Source: a virus (lineage: Duplodnaviria > Heunggongvirae > Uroviricota > Caudoviricetes). Taken from it: a stretch of 64,000 nt of DNA. Below, piece after piece: positions 1 to 10,199 of this stretch. Within the stretch, counting starts at the first letter, position 1, and each line of letters begins with the position of its first letter. The stretch lies in IMG/VR virus record IMGVR_UViG_3300031784_000007; one strand, 5' to 3'. The position numbers and the translations under genes are program-made. The notes under the pieces were generated by a model that saw only the letters and a list, made by a program, of their open reading frames with translations, did no database searches and was not told where the DNA came from.

Positions 1-3000
1 CTGCATTATTACCATCAACAAATAAATTAGTACCTGTAAAAATTTTATAAAAGTTATTTATTACTTTTGGATAAAACCCACTTTGGATACTATTAGAACC
101 TATCAGTGTAAAATCTTGTGGTGTGGGATTTTCGTCAACGGGTATTTTATATGTTTTTTTTGGGTTTGAAGTAATTGGGTCATAATTTGTTTTGTAGTCA
201 AAATCTTTCCAAATAGAAGTTAAGATATCTTCATTGTTTTCAATGTACTTTTTATATCGGTACCAAACTGAACCCATTTTCAATATCCAAGCGTATGGTA
301 ATTCGTGTACCGCTGAAAATTTATTTAAACTTGCAAATATATAATCCTTTTGGGTTCCATTATCACTATCGATATACTTTTCGTGAAGTGTTGAAAGTGG
401 TAATGAGTTTAACAACAAATACCCAAGTTTTGTATATTTTTCATCTCCTGACGAATCACCCGATTCAACAATTGCATTAATAAAATACGGGGTGTTCAAT
501 AAACTTGTTGTTTGTGTAAATGTCAGATTGTTATCTGTTGTATATGTTAAGTTTCCTTCGGTATAAAACTTTTGAAGGTTGTTTCCATATCTTGTGTTAT
601 AAAAATTATTAATAGTTGTATGGGTTGTTGATGTATTATTATAACCCGTTTTGTTAGTTTGGTTTCTAGTTAATGGTGTAATATTTGGTCCTGAAAAATT
701 ATCAATTACTAATTTTTTGTCATTAAAACCATAACTATTAACTGTTGAATATCTATTATCTTTATTTGGTGTTCCTTGCATTTTTTGTGCAAAACTATCA
801 ATAATAAATGGATATGTATCAAATAGTGTTGTTTCGTTAGTTGTATTAGAACTTATCGCGGCTTTAATTTTATCCAAACTTTTTAGTTTCAAGGGGTTTG
901 GTGATGTATTAAAAACTTTTTCACTCAGTAGTTGAAAACTATTATTAACTTGGTCGTTTATATAAGGTGTAACAAAATTCTGTAAGATAAAATTGTTCCA
1001 TGTGGGTCCGGCTTGATTCTGACCAGCGGTTGTTTTTAAATAATTATATAAGGTTGTAGTGGGTAACGTATTGGAAATAACATTATTTAAATCACCAATT
1101 ACTTGTGATTGAGTAACGTTATTAATTTCAAGGTCAGACGCTGTAAAAACTAAATCTTCTGTAATACCACTGATATAATATAAACCAGAATAAAATGTGT
1201 TTAGATATATTCTTTCATACATTTCATAAACATAGGTTTCAACAGGGACGTTTTGTTGGAGGTAAACATTGTTTTTAAACGGTATTTCAATCGCGTGTTC
1301 GGGTGTATATTTTATAATTAATTCAGTATTTGGTTTTACATTGGTTGTAAAATTTCGGTCTTTATTTAAAACTCCTTTAAGATATTCTTCAACAAATTCA
1401 ACTTCAGGCCAAATAACAGGATTATATGACTGAGTTGATTCACTAGTTGATTTAGAGCCAGGATATGTCACCTCATATTCAACTTTACCCGATGTTTCTT
1501 TTTTCTGTACAAATTGTGGCCAAGGATAAACAAAATAATTTGGATTTTTGGTTGTTGTGGTTTGTATTGTGTTCTTACCTTCCTGAGATGGATTGGTCGT
1601 CAAAATTGATTTCAATCTCGCAGTATTTTCTCTTTGATTCCACGAGTTTGTATGAACATCATCCATTAATTGATAAAAAGCATCCACAGACGCCATTATA
1701 GTACCAATTACATTTCTTACGGTTGGTCTGAATTGTAAATCTTGTACATTGTCATTTTTTTTAATTTTGTCTTTCAAAACTTGGTTAAGTCGTTCTGATT
1801 CGTCTTTTGATTTTTGAATTATTTGTCCCTTGATATCTTGACTTGTTTTAACTTCTCTGTCAATCGTATAGTAATATAAATTACCTTTTGTAATATCAAT
1901 ATTGCCTTGGTTGTCAATCGAAAGTAATGTTCCATTGTTTTCCAATTCGGTTTTTAAATCTTTTTTGAATTTAATAAAATCAACGTCAGTATTTGGGTTT
2001 GTAACTTGTTTTCCTCTTTGTTGAAAGTAAGTTGCCTCGTAATTGATATCACTGTCACTAAATTTTACTTTAAAAAAGTCAACTTTGAAAGCTTTTTGGT
2101 CAAGTGTAATACTTTTACAAAGGTCTGTCGGCACAGATTGAAATTCTTTTAAACCATTGTTTAATATTGATGTTAATTCAGTTTCAACTTTTCCTGATAA
2201 ATCAACATTGCTTTGTATTTCAACACCACTTTGACTGTTTGTTAAATTTTTTAATGGGTATAATTTTAAATTGTTAACGTTTGGAACTCCCGAATTAAAT
2301 TCATTATTTAATACTAATACTTTAGAAGTTTCTAAATTAGTTTCACCCCATTGAACAATATTATTACTAAATTTATTTACTGATTCATTATATCTTTCTA
2401 ATGCAACAATATTTGTAAAATCTAATTTTTCAAATTCGAGATTAACGAATTCAGTATATTTCTTTAACCTTTCCTGCATCTCGTTCAAGGTTATTACGGG
2501 TACGTTTTTGTCGATAAGACCGGCTTTTTTGTACTGTTCAAATACTTGTTTTATTTTTGAATATCCCTTAGATGTTGGTTCGACAGTTACTTCATTGGTA
2601 ATACCAGTTCCGTTTTGTTGTACAGATGCCGTGGCTGAGTTAGGTGTGTTAACAGTTGGTATATTTGGTATGCTGGTTTGACTATACATGTGAGGTAGTG
2701 CAAACAAATACCCTAAACGAATATCATCCAACATCGCACTTGTTCTAGCAATGAACTTTAAATTGACCACATAATTACCTGTTGATGCTTCAAATGAGGC
2801 TTGAAAATTCAATAACATCAATTCATATTTAATCGACTTTCCGTAAAATCCCTTCAGAATTAATTCAAAAAGTGGATAGGGGTAATACAAAAAAACTGAG
2901 TACGGTGAATTTCCTCCTGTTTGGAATAAACTTTTACCCTGTACGTCTACTAATGTCATTGTTACGGTTGGTACACCATTGAATTTAATATCAACATTAA

Positions 3001-3403
3001 TGTCTCGTATACCTAAGATTTGGGTATCTACAAAGTTTGTTTGTTGTGGATTTTGTCCATTGTTAAATTTAATCTGATTGATACCTCTCCCTTGTGTACT
3101 ACCGGCACCAGTAATTTCATCCGTGTAACTTGTATCCAAAACATCTTTATCTTGTGGTTTAAGAAAATTTATAGATGCAACAGTTGTATTACTAATACTA
3201 GAATCCAAATCTGTACCTGAAGATAATTTTGTTCTTGGTACTGACTTCGCAATTAAATTTGCATACATGACAAGATTTTCTTGTTTGATAACACGGTCCT
3301 TTTTTACACCATTAGAACTTCTAACAGAGTTAGGGTCAATCAAAACAATGTTTGAATTTTCTTCATAGTATATATTTTCACTACCACCGAAATTATCTGC
3401 CAT
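1..3403 (-). CDS. Large baseplate hub-like protein (gp27/P2 gpD position), >1130 aa, runs off the left edge
   Basis: Missing from the ORF track because no stop lies in the window. ATG at 3403 overlaps the upstream stop: MADNFGGSENIYYEENSNIVLIDPNSV...YYPYPLFELILKGFYGK...YNPVIWPEVEFVEEYLKG. Frame spot-checked as open at several places, not at every codon. Product inferred from position after the LysM-like gene. Confidence 0.6.
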   Translation of the reverse strand, partial: MADNFGGSENIYYEENSNIVLIDPNSVRSSNGVKKDRVIKQENLVMYANLIAKSVPRTKLSSGTDLDSSISNTTVASINFLKPQDKDVLDTSYTDEITGAGSTQGRGINQIKFNNGQNPQQTNFVDTQILGIRDINVDIKFNGVPTVTMTLVDVQGKSLFQTGGNSPYSVFLYYPYPLFELILKGFYGKSIKYELMLLNFQASFEASTGNYVVNLKFIARTSAMLDDIRLGYLFALPHMYSQTSIPNIPTVNTPNSATASVQQNGTGITNEVTVEPTSKGYSKIKQVFEQYKKAGLIDKNVPVITLNEMQERLKKYTEFVNLEFEKLDFTNIVALERYNESVNKFSNNIVQWGETNLETSKVLVLNNEFNSGVPNVNNLKLYPLKNLTNSQSGVEIQSNVDLSGKVETELTSILNNGLKEFQSVPTDLCKSITLDQKAFKVDFFKVKFSDSDINYEATYFQQRGKQVTNPNTDVDFIKFKKDLKTELENNGTLLSIDNQGNIDITKGNLYYYTIDREVKTSQDIKGQIIQKSKDESERLNQVLKDKIKKNDNVQDLQFRPTVRNVIGTIMASVDAFYQLMDDVHTNSWNQRENTARLKSILTTNPSQEGKNTIQTTTTKNPNYFVYPWPQFVQKKETSGKVEYEVTYPGSKSTSESTQSYNPVIWPEVEFVEEYLKGVLNKDRNFTTNVKPNTELIIKYTPEHAIEIPFKNNVYLQQNVPVETYVYEMYERIYLNTFYSGLYYISGITEDLVFTASDLEINNVTQSQVIGDLNNVISNTLPTTTLYNYLKTTAGQNQAGPTWNNFILQNFVTPYINDQVNNSFQLLSEKVFNTSPNPLKLKSLDKIKAAISSNTTNETTLFDTYPFIIDSFAQKMQGTPNKDNRYSTVNSYGFNDKKLVIDNFSGPNITPLTRNQTNKTGYNNTSTTHTTINNFYNTRYGNNLQKFYTEGNLTYTTDNNLTFTQTTSLLNTPYFINAIVESGDSSGDEKYTKLGYLLLNSLPLSTLHEKYIDSDNGTQKDYIFASLNKFSAVHELPYAWILKMGSVWYRYKKYIENNEDILTSIWKDFDYKTNYDPITSNPKKTYKIPVDENPTPQDFTLIGSNSIQSGFYPKVINNFYKIFTGTNLFVDGNNA

Positions 3404-3710
3404 AATAATAGAATCTTGTTTGTACAGCGTTATTATAATCCTGAAGTGATGTAACCAAAGGATACGGAATTATAATAATTGAATTATCAGGAATGTCCCA
3501 CTCTAAACTACCATATTCTTGGTTTGCTTGTAAAATCAACCAATTAAAAAATGGTGAACCATAATATTCTTGACTAATTTTATCTAATCTACTTACACCC
3601 GCTCTGAAGACATATTTGATGTCGGTACTTTTTCTTGGTAAATTCAAACCAGGAACAACGGTTTGCTCACCGTTTAATAAAAATTGTCCGTATCTATTAT
3701 AGTAATCCAT
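3393..3710 (-). CDS. Baseplate wedge LysM-like protein (T4 gp53 / P2 gpX-like)
   Basis: RLDKISQEYYGSPFFNWLILQAN...IIIP is a LysM-like pattern; canonical position after the tube initiator. Confidence 0.65.
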   Translation of the reverse strand: MDYYNRYGQFLLNGEQTVVPGLNLPRKSTDIKYVFRAGVSRLDKISQEYYGSPFFNWLILQANQEYGSLEWDIPDNSIIIIPYPLVTSLQDYNNAVQTRFYYYGR

Positions 3711-6700
3711 TAGAATATTACTTTACCATTGAATGTATTTTTTTCCTCATTACGGTTTTGTCCCGTATAAAGGTCTTTTAATCTACTTATTTCAGTATCC
3801 GTTGGTGATGTTTTAAGGGTCAAACCTGTTTTTCTTTTCTCTTTAATTAATGTTGTTACATCACCTGGCACATACGCTTTATTACTGCCTTTATTAAAGG
3901 CTTTGTCATAATCTGAAAAAATTTGACTCATTTTCTTTTTTTCATTATCAGCTGGTACTTTATAATTTTTAGTTAAACTTTCGCTAATAAATTTTGTCCA
4001 ATCTTTAGTTGTAAACGAACCTGTAACTTGTGTTTCAAACGCTTTGTAATTATTCGCTAATTGCCATCCGAAAACTAAAAAGAATCTTTTATCTGCGGTG
4101 TTTGTTGGAAAACTACCACCCTCTAAAACATAAGTTTGGTCATCAGTATATGTTGATGTTATTATTTTTTTGGTTTCTAAATTGTTTTCTAATAAATTAA
4201 TTAATGGTGAATAAGTGTTCATAACAGTACCAATTTCAGTTACAGTTGTTGCACTATCTATTGTATAAATTTTTGCAACACCCTTAGTATCAATATAACC
4301 ATCTAATGTTTGAACTACATAGTTTAATTTATCTATATTTCTTGTCATCTCTAATTGAATCTTGGATAATTCATTACTTGTGTTTACCAGTTTGTCCGTA
4401 AACGCCACTTTATAATCGTTAACTAATTTTTTCAATTGGTTGTTAAAATTGGTTTGGTCAATAGATTTAAAGTTTTGCTTTAACATTTCTTGTTGAATGG
4501 TTAGTGAATTGTTATTGATGTCGTTTAGTAATCCACTAAATAAAGTATCGATTTTACTTTCAAACGTTGATTTACCAAAAATTGTCAAATCGGTTTGTGT
4601 TGCCGATGGGGCACCAAATTCATTCATCTTGCCAAATTTGTAATCACGGTCTTTTGTATATAACATTAATATACCACTGTTATATTGTTCACTAATTTGT
4701 TTTAGTTTGTTAAATTCACCACTTGTAAAGTTATCAAAACTTTTTATAAAGTCATTAACAATTTCTTTATATGCAACATTAACACTTGTTCCACTATTTT
4801 GAAATTTACCCTCTACAGAACCAATAGTAGTTCCACCTTCGTTTTGAAGATTTGTGTTTGTATTTTTAGGGGTGTCACCTGTAGGTTCTGTTTTTTCAAT
4901 AAATTCTTTATTAAATGCGGAAATTTGTGAAGAATCTGTCGCTCTATCGTCATACATCTCTGTATTTGCAAAGAAATTAAACGACAAAGCATTTTGTAAT
5001 TCGTCGACTGGTCCTTTTAATCCTTGACCACCAATAAACTTGAAACCCATTGAAACACTAACAATCATCGGTTGAACACCAATACCCTCAGGGTTCAAAT
5101 CAAATTTACCATCCTCATATGAAAAATTACAACTGTCAATAACGACTTTAGAATGGTAAAAATCACCAATTCTCAACACACAAATTGGGGGTGCACCAAA
5201 CGAAGTATTTCTTGCATCTGTGTCCTTTAGTGTACCGCCAGCTTGTTTGGTTGGGACGGTGTCACCAGGTCTTGTACATTGTAACAAGAAAGTTAATCTT
5301 TCGTTCAAACCCTCAGGTGTCATTGAGTGAAACGCTGGATGAAAATATTTTAATTTTTCTTTCAAAGAATCATAAACAAAAGGATTACTTTCTTTCATAA
5401 ATTTGAAGTAATCAGCCTCACTTAGTAGTTTTCTAATAACCTGTTTGTTAATTGATTCTTGTGTTGGTACACTTGGGTTGTTATTGTTGTTTCCATTTTG
5501 TCTTTGTGTTTCAGACAATAATCTATCAATAACTGATATTGGACCTGTTTCAACACCTCCGTTTGGATTGTTGATGTTTGGCAGTGGGGTCTCAATAATG
5601 TCCTCAATAATAACCCTTCTACATCCAACAGGTCCAGCACCGTATTGGTCAGTTGTTTCTGTGCTACACTTATAATTAATTGGTTGTATAGTCTCGTCAA
5701 CAGAACCATTACTTTTTGAAATTTTTACTCTCTTGTCGTTGTTTATTAAAGATTTTATTGTGTCTTCAATACATGTATTTCTTTCCGAATCAATTCTATT
5801 TCCCTCATTATAAGACACGTTTGAACGTAATCTAATTTCAATTTTTACATTAGCGTTTGATGATAAGACCGTTTTAATATTTTCGGTGAACGCAGTTAGA
5901 GCGTTTTCAGAAGATGAAATTAGAGTTTGTTGTGTTGGTGCTATTTTACTGAAATTACCACTTGTTGTATATGTTACAACATTGTTTGAGTAGTTTCCTC
6001 CACCACCATCGTTATAATCAAAATAAAATTGTGTTGACTTATAACCACTTAGTTGTGGCGTATATACTTGTTGTCCAACATTTGAGTTTGAGCTTAATGA
6101 ACCACCAGCTGCGTCCCCACCAATATTCAAAGATTGATTAATAACGTCTTTAATTTTTTCTGGGTTACCCGAACCGTTTATAATCTGTTGAATTTTAGAT
6201 AGTTCTGTTGTCGAAAAGTTATTATATCTTTTAGATAATTCGTAAATATCAAATTTGGTTAGTCCAGCAAAGAATGAATCAATAACTTGGTCAGCAATTT
6301 GACTCGAAGCTGTATTACTCAAAACCCTATTCACCAACAAATTCATTACAGACGGATGGTCAACTATTACTTTAAAACCCAAAGTACCACCTCTACTTGT
6401 ATTCTTATAGGTATATATTTCTTCAGGTCTTCCTAAAAAAGAGTTTCCTTCCCATTGAACCGAGTTGTTTTCGGCGAATGTTAAATCATATGGTGGAAAC
6501 CACATAACTCTACCACCATTAGGACCTCTTTCTGATTCCGCTAAATCGGTGTATCTAAAACCAGGTCTTCTTGATGTTCTCCAAGCAAGGTTTTCTAATG
6601 ACAACATATACTTCTTAACTTGCCCCCCTTCTAAAGTTGTTGAATCGGGACCTGATGTTGGGTACATATTTAAGTTATATGTCTTGTCTAAGATTGAATA

Positions 6701-8365
6701 TGGGTTTTTTCTAATGTTACCATCACTTCTTACCAACTTTTGGTTGTCATAATATGGAATGTCTTTGGCAAATACTCTACCGTATTCTTCTCCTTTAAAC
6801 ACACCATTGTTGTCGGTGTATCTAATTACCCTTGAACCTTTTGTTATTTCCTTATATCCATCGTTAAACACCTTAGATACTTGGTCAATGGCGTTACCAA
6901 CGTGCTGTAATCTTTTTGAACCAGCGGGTTGTGAATTAATTAATCTTTGTGTATCATCCAAAATACCACCTTGTTTAAGTGGGTATTCGGTTGATTCACT
7001 TCTTGTATAGTTCGCAGCAATTGGTTGGTATCCTGTGTCTTGTCCTTTAATGTCACCACCAACACCAACTTTAAATCCTGCGTTTCCTTTGTATTTTGGT
7101 GATACCCATGTGAATCCACCTTGTACACCACCGCCCTCTATGGTTGGTGTTTGATTTAATCCAAATTTAAAATCAACATTGTTTTCATATAACTTACCTA
7201 AGTTACTTGGTCCGTATACGTTTGTTTCAACCTCAACACCAAATTGGTTAACAGGAATTTGTCCTGAAGGTGATAAAATATCTAATGGTTCTGATGTTCT
7301 ACTACCAATGTAGTAGTTTCCTTTAGGTGCGGTTAAATTTAAATTACTTAGGAAATTGGCTTTGTAGTCAGGTGTATAATAGTTTAATGATAAATTATTA
7401 AAAAGTACTTTTCTTGTTCCACCACTTGTGTAAGCTAAAAATACATCTGATGAACTTTTTTTACTTGGTAATACTGCAGGAAAACCAAAAAGTCTTGATA
7501 CCGCATTTACTGTTTGGTTCAACACACTTTTTTTTCCAACGTTGTTAAAATAATCACCAGGTATATATGAGTATGGTGAATAAACACCTGTGACTCTTGA
7601 TATAAAATCCAATCCCTTACCCACAAAACTATCGGGTACAGTTATGTGCCAATCAGGTTCAATAAGTGGTTGTCTACCTGTTATTAAATTTAAAATTCTA
7701 TATGGGTCACTTCCTGTTTGAAGGAAGTTTGCTCTACCTACAGTTTGTTGAAGTGTTTCAAAAGCAATCGACGCTTCAAATAGTTTTCTTAGATTGGTTG
7801 CACCAATTTGTGCCAGTGCGGAATCCTGTGATAATGTACCTAAGGTACCTGTTGGGTCTTTACTTAATAATATGTTTATTGGTGAATAACTTGAAGCTTT
7901 ATATGTGTAATATTCTGCTCTTGTTGTTAATTGTCTAATTATTAATTCTAACTCTGATGATGCATCACCCCATCCATCTTGTGGTCCAAATAAGTTTTTG
8001 GTAATTAGATTTTTTTGTAAAAATTGTGATTCATCGAATTTTTTTGTTTGTGGACTTGTAAAATTAAATTCACCTTCGTTAGAATTATTTACAATAACTT
8101 CATTGTTGGCACTAGTTTTATAACCACCTTCAGGACCATATTGATTGACGGTATATAGTCGTTTTTTTTCTGAAACACCAGTATCAACCATGTCTGGCTG
8201 ATTAATTAAAGGAACATCAATCCACGTTGTTTCTTTAGTATACGTAAGATTTTTGGGTACAGTTTGTGTTGAAGAACCTTTTACAAAATAAGGCTCTAAA
8301 TTAGAAACAATCAATCGTTTTCTAAATTGTTCGGATGCTGAAAATGATAATAAGCTGTCTGCCAT
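3710..8365 (-). CDS. Large baseplate/tail-tube initiator protein (gp48/gp54/CIS-tube-like) with a degenerate OmpA-like insertion, 1551 aa
   Basis: Motifs WFPPYDL..FLGRPEEIYTYKNTSRGGTLGFKVIVDHP and PPICVLRIGDFYHSKVVIDSCNFSYE..PMIVSVSMGFKFI; lies directly downstream of the tape measure gene. Confidence 0.5.
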   Translation of the reverse strand: MADSLLSFSASEQFRKRLIVSNLEPYFVKGSSTQTVPKNLTYTKETTWIDVPLINQPDMVDTGVSEKKRLYTVNQYGPEGGYKTSANNEVIVNNSNEGEFNFTSPQTKKFDESQFLQKNLITKNLFGPQDGWGDASSELELIIRQLTTRAEYYTYKASSYSPINILLSKDPTGTLGTLSQDSALAQIGATNLRKLFEASIAFETLQQTVGRANFLQTGSDPYRILNLITGRQPLIEPDWHITVPDSFVGKGLDFISRVTGVYSPYSYIPGDYFNNVGKKSVLNQTVNAVSRLFGFPAVLPSKKSSSDVFLAYTSGGTRKVLFNNLSLNYYTPDYKANFLSNLNLTAPKGNYYIGSRTSEPLDILSPSGQIPVNQFGVEVETNVYGPSNLGKLYENNVDFKFGLNQTPTIEGGGVQGGFTWVSPKYKGNAGFKVGVGGDIKGQDTGYQPIAANYTRSESTEYPLKQGGILDDTQRLINSQPAGSKRLQHVGNAIDQVSKVFNDGYKEITKGSRVIRYTDNNGVFKGEEYGRVFAKDIPYYDNQKLVRSDGNIRKNPYSILDKTYNLNMYPTSGPDSTTLEGGQVKKYMLSLENLAWRTSRRPGFRYTDLAESERGPNGGRVMWFPPYDLTFAENNSVQWEGNSFLGRPEEIYTYKNTSRGGTLGFKVIVDHPSVMNLLVNRVLSNTASSQIADQVIDSFFAGLTKFDIYELSKRYNNFSTTELSKIQQIINGSGNPEKIKDVINQSLNIGGDAAGGSLSSNSNVGQQVYTPQLSGYKSTQFYFDYNDGGGGNYSNNVVTYTTSGNFSKIAPTQQTLISSSENALTAFTENIKTVLSSNANVKIEIRLRSNVSYNEGNRIDSERNTCIEDTIKSLINNDKRVKISKSNGSVDETIQPINYKCSTETTDQYGAGPVGCRRVIIEDIIETPLPNINNPNGGVETGPISVIDRLLSETQRQNGNNNNNPSVPTQESINKQVIRKLLSEADYFKFMKESNPFVYDSLKEKLKYFHPAFHSMTPEGLNERLTFLLQCTRPGDTVPTKQAGGTLKDTDARNTSFGAPPICVLRIGDFYHSKVVIDSCNFSYEDGKFDLNPEGIGVQPMIVSVSMGFKFIGGQGLKGPVDELQNALSFNFFANTEMYDDRATDSSQISAFNKEFIEKTEPTGDTPKNTNTNLQNEGGTTIGSVEGKFQNSGTSVNVAYKEIVNDFIKSFDNFTSGEFNKLKQISEQYNSGILMLYTKDRDYKFGKMNEFGAPSATQTDLTIFGKSTFESKIDTLFSGLLNDINNNSLTIQQEMLKQNFKSIDQTNFNNQLKKLVNDYKVAFTDKLVNTSNELSKIQLEMTRNIDKLNYVVQTLDGYIDTKGVAKIYTIDSATTVTEIGTVMNTYSPLINLLENNLETKKIITSTYTDDQTYVLEGGSFPTNTADKRFFLVFGWQLANNYKAFETQVTGSFTTKDWTKFISESLTKNYKVPADNEKKKMSQIFSDYDKAFNKGSNKAYVPGDVTTLIKEKRKTGLTLKTSPTDTEISRLKDLYTGQNRNEEKNTFNGKVIF

Positions 8366-8379
8366 CTTATACTGTTTCT

Positions 8380-8387
8380 AATAAATA
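8380..8387 (-). promoter_or_regulatory. Late motif TATTTATT before the tube initiator gene
   Basis: Recurrent motif, 14 nt before the ATG. Confidence 0.6.
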
Positions 8388-8409
8388 GATGTAACAGGAT
8401 TTTTTATTC

Positions 8410-10008
8410 TTATTTTTTACCAGGTGATGACGAGCCAACACTATATCCACTACTATCTGATGCGCTTACCTTGATTGATTTTGCAATCTCATTCGCAATA
8501 TGTGTTTTAATAACATCTGACAATCCAACATCAATACCCGTAACCTTAACATCAATTACCGGATTACCCTCAACTTTAATAAATTTATCTTTAGAAACCG
8601 CTTGTGTGTATTCATTTATTCTATCTAAAAAAGTATCCTTATCACCAGCAGAAAAAGATGTTTTTAAATCACCAAGTATTTTAGTACCTCCTTCAATTGA
8701 TTTATCTAAAATGTTTTTTACTTGTTCTTGAGCCTTAACAACCACACCTGTGTAACCTTCTAATGTAGTTGAAAAATTACCAGCCTTTAAAGTTGCCATT
8801 GAAAATGCGTTTGTTAACTGATTATTAGCTGAAATAACCGATTCTGTTGCGGATAAATTTCGTTGTATACTATCAATATTAGCTTCTGTATTATTTTTTA
8901 ATTCACTACCTGAACCTTGTATATTTGATAAAATTTCTTTTACTTTATCAGGACTTAACCCACCAATATCTTGACCTTCAATTGTTACAACTCCACCTTT
9001 TTGTAGTTGAGCATAACCTGCAAGTGTTTCTTGTTCTTCTTTAGATAATCCCTCAAACTGTGGTTTAAATTGGAATTGACTTATAATTTTTTCTTGTTTG
9101 GCTAATTTTAAAGCGGTCTCCTCAATTTCTTTAGATTCAATGCCTAAATTTTTTAATCCCCTTAATCTTAATCTTTCATTAGCACTTATTTCAAATTGAC
9201 CAGTTTCTTCATTAAATGTTGCAATACCTCTAGTTGCGTTAATTAATTGGTCATTTAATCCTTTTAAGTCGTTTTGTGCCATGTACAATAACTGAGCACC
9301 ATCTCCAAGTTGTGAAAATGAACCACCCAGTGTTTGAAGTTGTGCGGCGTATTCGTAAGCTTTTTCCGGACTATCCATAATTTGGTCAGCAAAACCTTGA
9401 GCAACACTCAATGTATCACCTAAAAGTTGTGATTTGGCGACCATTGACGCTAAATCTGAAACACCTTTTGGAAAACCATACTTGTTTACTATATCTAATT
9501 TTTCACCGACGGTACCAAGAAATTTACCGACATTTAATCCATACGCCTTTGCCGTGTTAACTAATTGAATTTGTTTTTCTGTGGCGGCATCCATACCACC
9601 ACCAACTTTATCAAAGAACTTAACAAAAGAATTAATAGTCTCACCTTTAACACCGTATTTTTCAATTGCTTCAACATTTTCATAAAATTGTTGAGACAAA
9701 TATGTTGTTCTACCTATTTGTGAATTAATTTCGGTAAATGTTTTAATAACACCTTCCAAAGACCCACCCATTTTGATTACATTAACAGCGGCTCTTCCTA
9801 ATTCGTTTTCAACACTTTTTGCGTAAGCAGCACTTTGTCCTAAATTTCTGGCACCAGAAATTAACTTGGTATCAAAATTTGATACCGTGTTAAGAGTTTC
9901 TTTAAAATTACCTTTTAATCTTTCAGATATCTTACCAACCTTTTCAAGTTCGGCTGCAAGTCCTGTTACTTGTGTGGTTGTTTGGGTTACTTCGTTTTCT
10001 CCTGCCAT
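8410..10008 (-). CDS. Tape measure protein (putative), 532 aa
   Basis: Ala/Gly/Leu/Gln-rich helical composition; position after tube and chaperone genes. Confidence 0.6.
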   Translation of the reverse strand: MAGENEVTQTTTQVTGLAAELEKVGKISERLKGNFKETLNTVSNFDTKLISGARNLGQSAAYAKSVENELGRAAVNVIKMGGSLEGVIKTFTEINSQIGRTTYLSQQFYENVEAIEKYGVKGETINSFVKFFDKVGGGMDAATEKQIQLVNTAKAYGLNVGKFLGTVGEKLDIVNKYGFPKGVSDLASMVAKSQLLGDTLSVAQGFADQIMDSPEKAYEYAAQLQTLGGSFSQLGDGAQLLYMAQNDLKGLNDQLINATRGIATFNEETGQFEISANERLRLRGLKNLGIESKEIEETALKLAKQEKIISQFQFKPQFEGLSKEEQETLAGYAQLQKGGVVTIEGQDIGGLSPDKVKEILSNIQGSGSELKNNTEANIDSIQRNLSATESVISANNQLTNAFSMATLKAGNFSTTLEGYTGVVVKAQEQVKNILDKSIEGGTKILGDLKTSFSAGDKDTFLDRINEYTQAVSKDKFIKVEGNPVIDVKVTGIDVGLSDVIKTHIANEIAKSIKVSASDSSGYSVGSSSPGKK

Positions 10009-10011
10009 AAT

Positions 10012-10019
10012 AATAAATA
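10012..10019 (-). promoter_or_regulatory. Late motif TATTTATT before the tape measure gene
   Basis: 3 nt before the ATG. Confidence 0.6.
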
Positions 10020-10199
10020 TTATTTATTGGATTTTTCACGAGCCTCCATAATCATATCGTGTTCTTGAAGAACCTTACCAATAAAATATTTTCTTTCATA
10101 TGTTGGCATATTCATAATATCAACATATGAAAAGTTAGCGTTTTTAACTAAAAAAAATGTTTCGTCTAATAGTATTTTTTTATACTCCGAAGAAAGGGC
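10020..10199 (-). CDS. +1-frame extension of the tail assembly chaperone (gpGT-like; resembles short gp51-like proteins), 59 aa
   Basis: Open frame ALSSEYKKILLDETFFLVKNANFSYVDIMNMPTYERKYFIGKVLQEHDMIMEAREKSNK*. No ATG/GTG/TTG until 10115. Begins immediately after UUU_UUU_C of the upstream gene. Confidence 0.7.
   Translation of the reverse strand, partial: ALSSEYKKILLDETFFLVKNANFSYVDIMNMPTYERKYFIGKVLQEHDMIMEAREKSNK

Noticed and set aside
295-3220. Short plus-strand ORFs in the track (295, 1465, 3020) and similar overlapping 60-130 aa ORFs across the window
   Set aside because: They are antisense or off-frame to long conserved genes and have atypical composition.
10020-10115. Independent 31-aa gene starting at ATG 10115
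   Set aside because: Possible but less parsimonious: it leaves 28 coding-like codons upstream unexplained, and these join exactly at the slippery site. Kept only as the alternative hypothesis.
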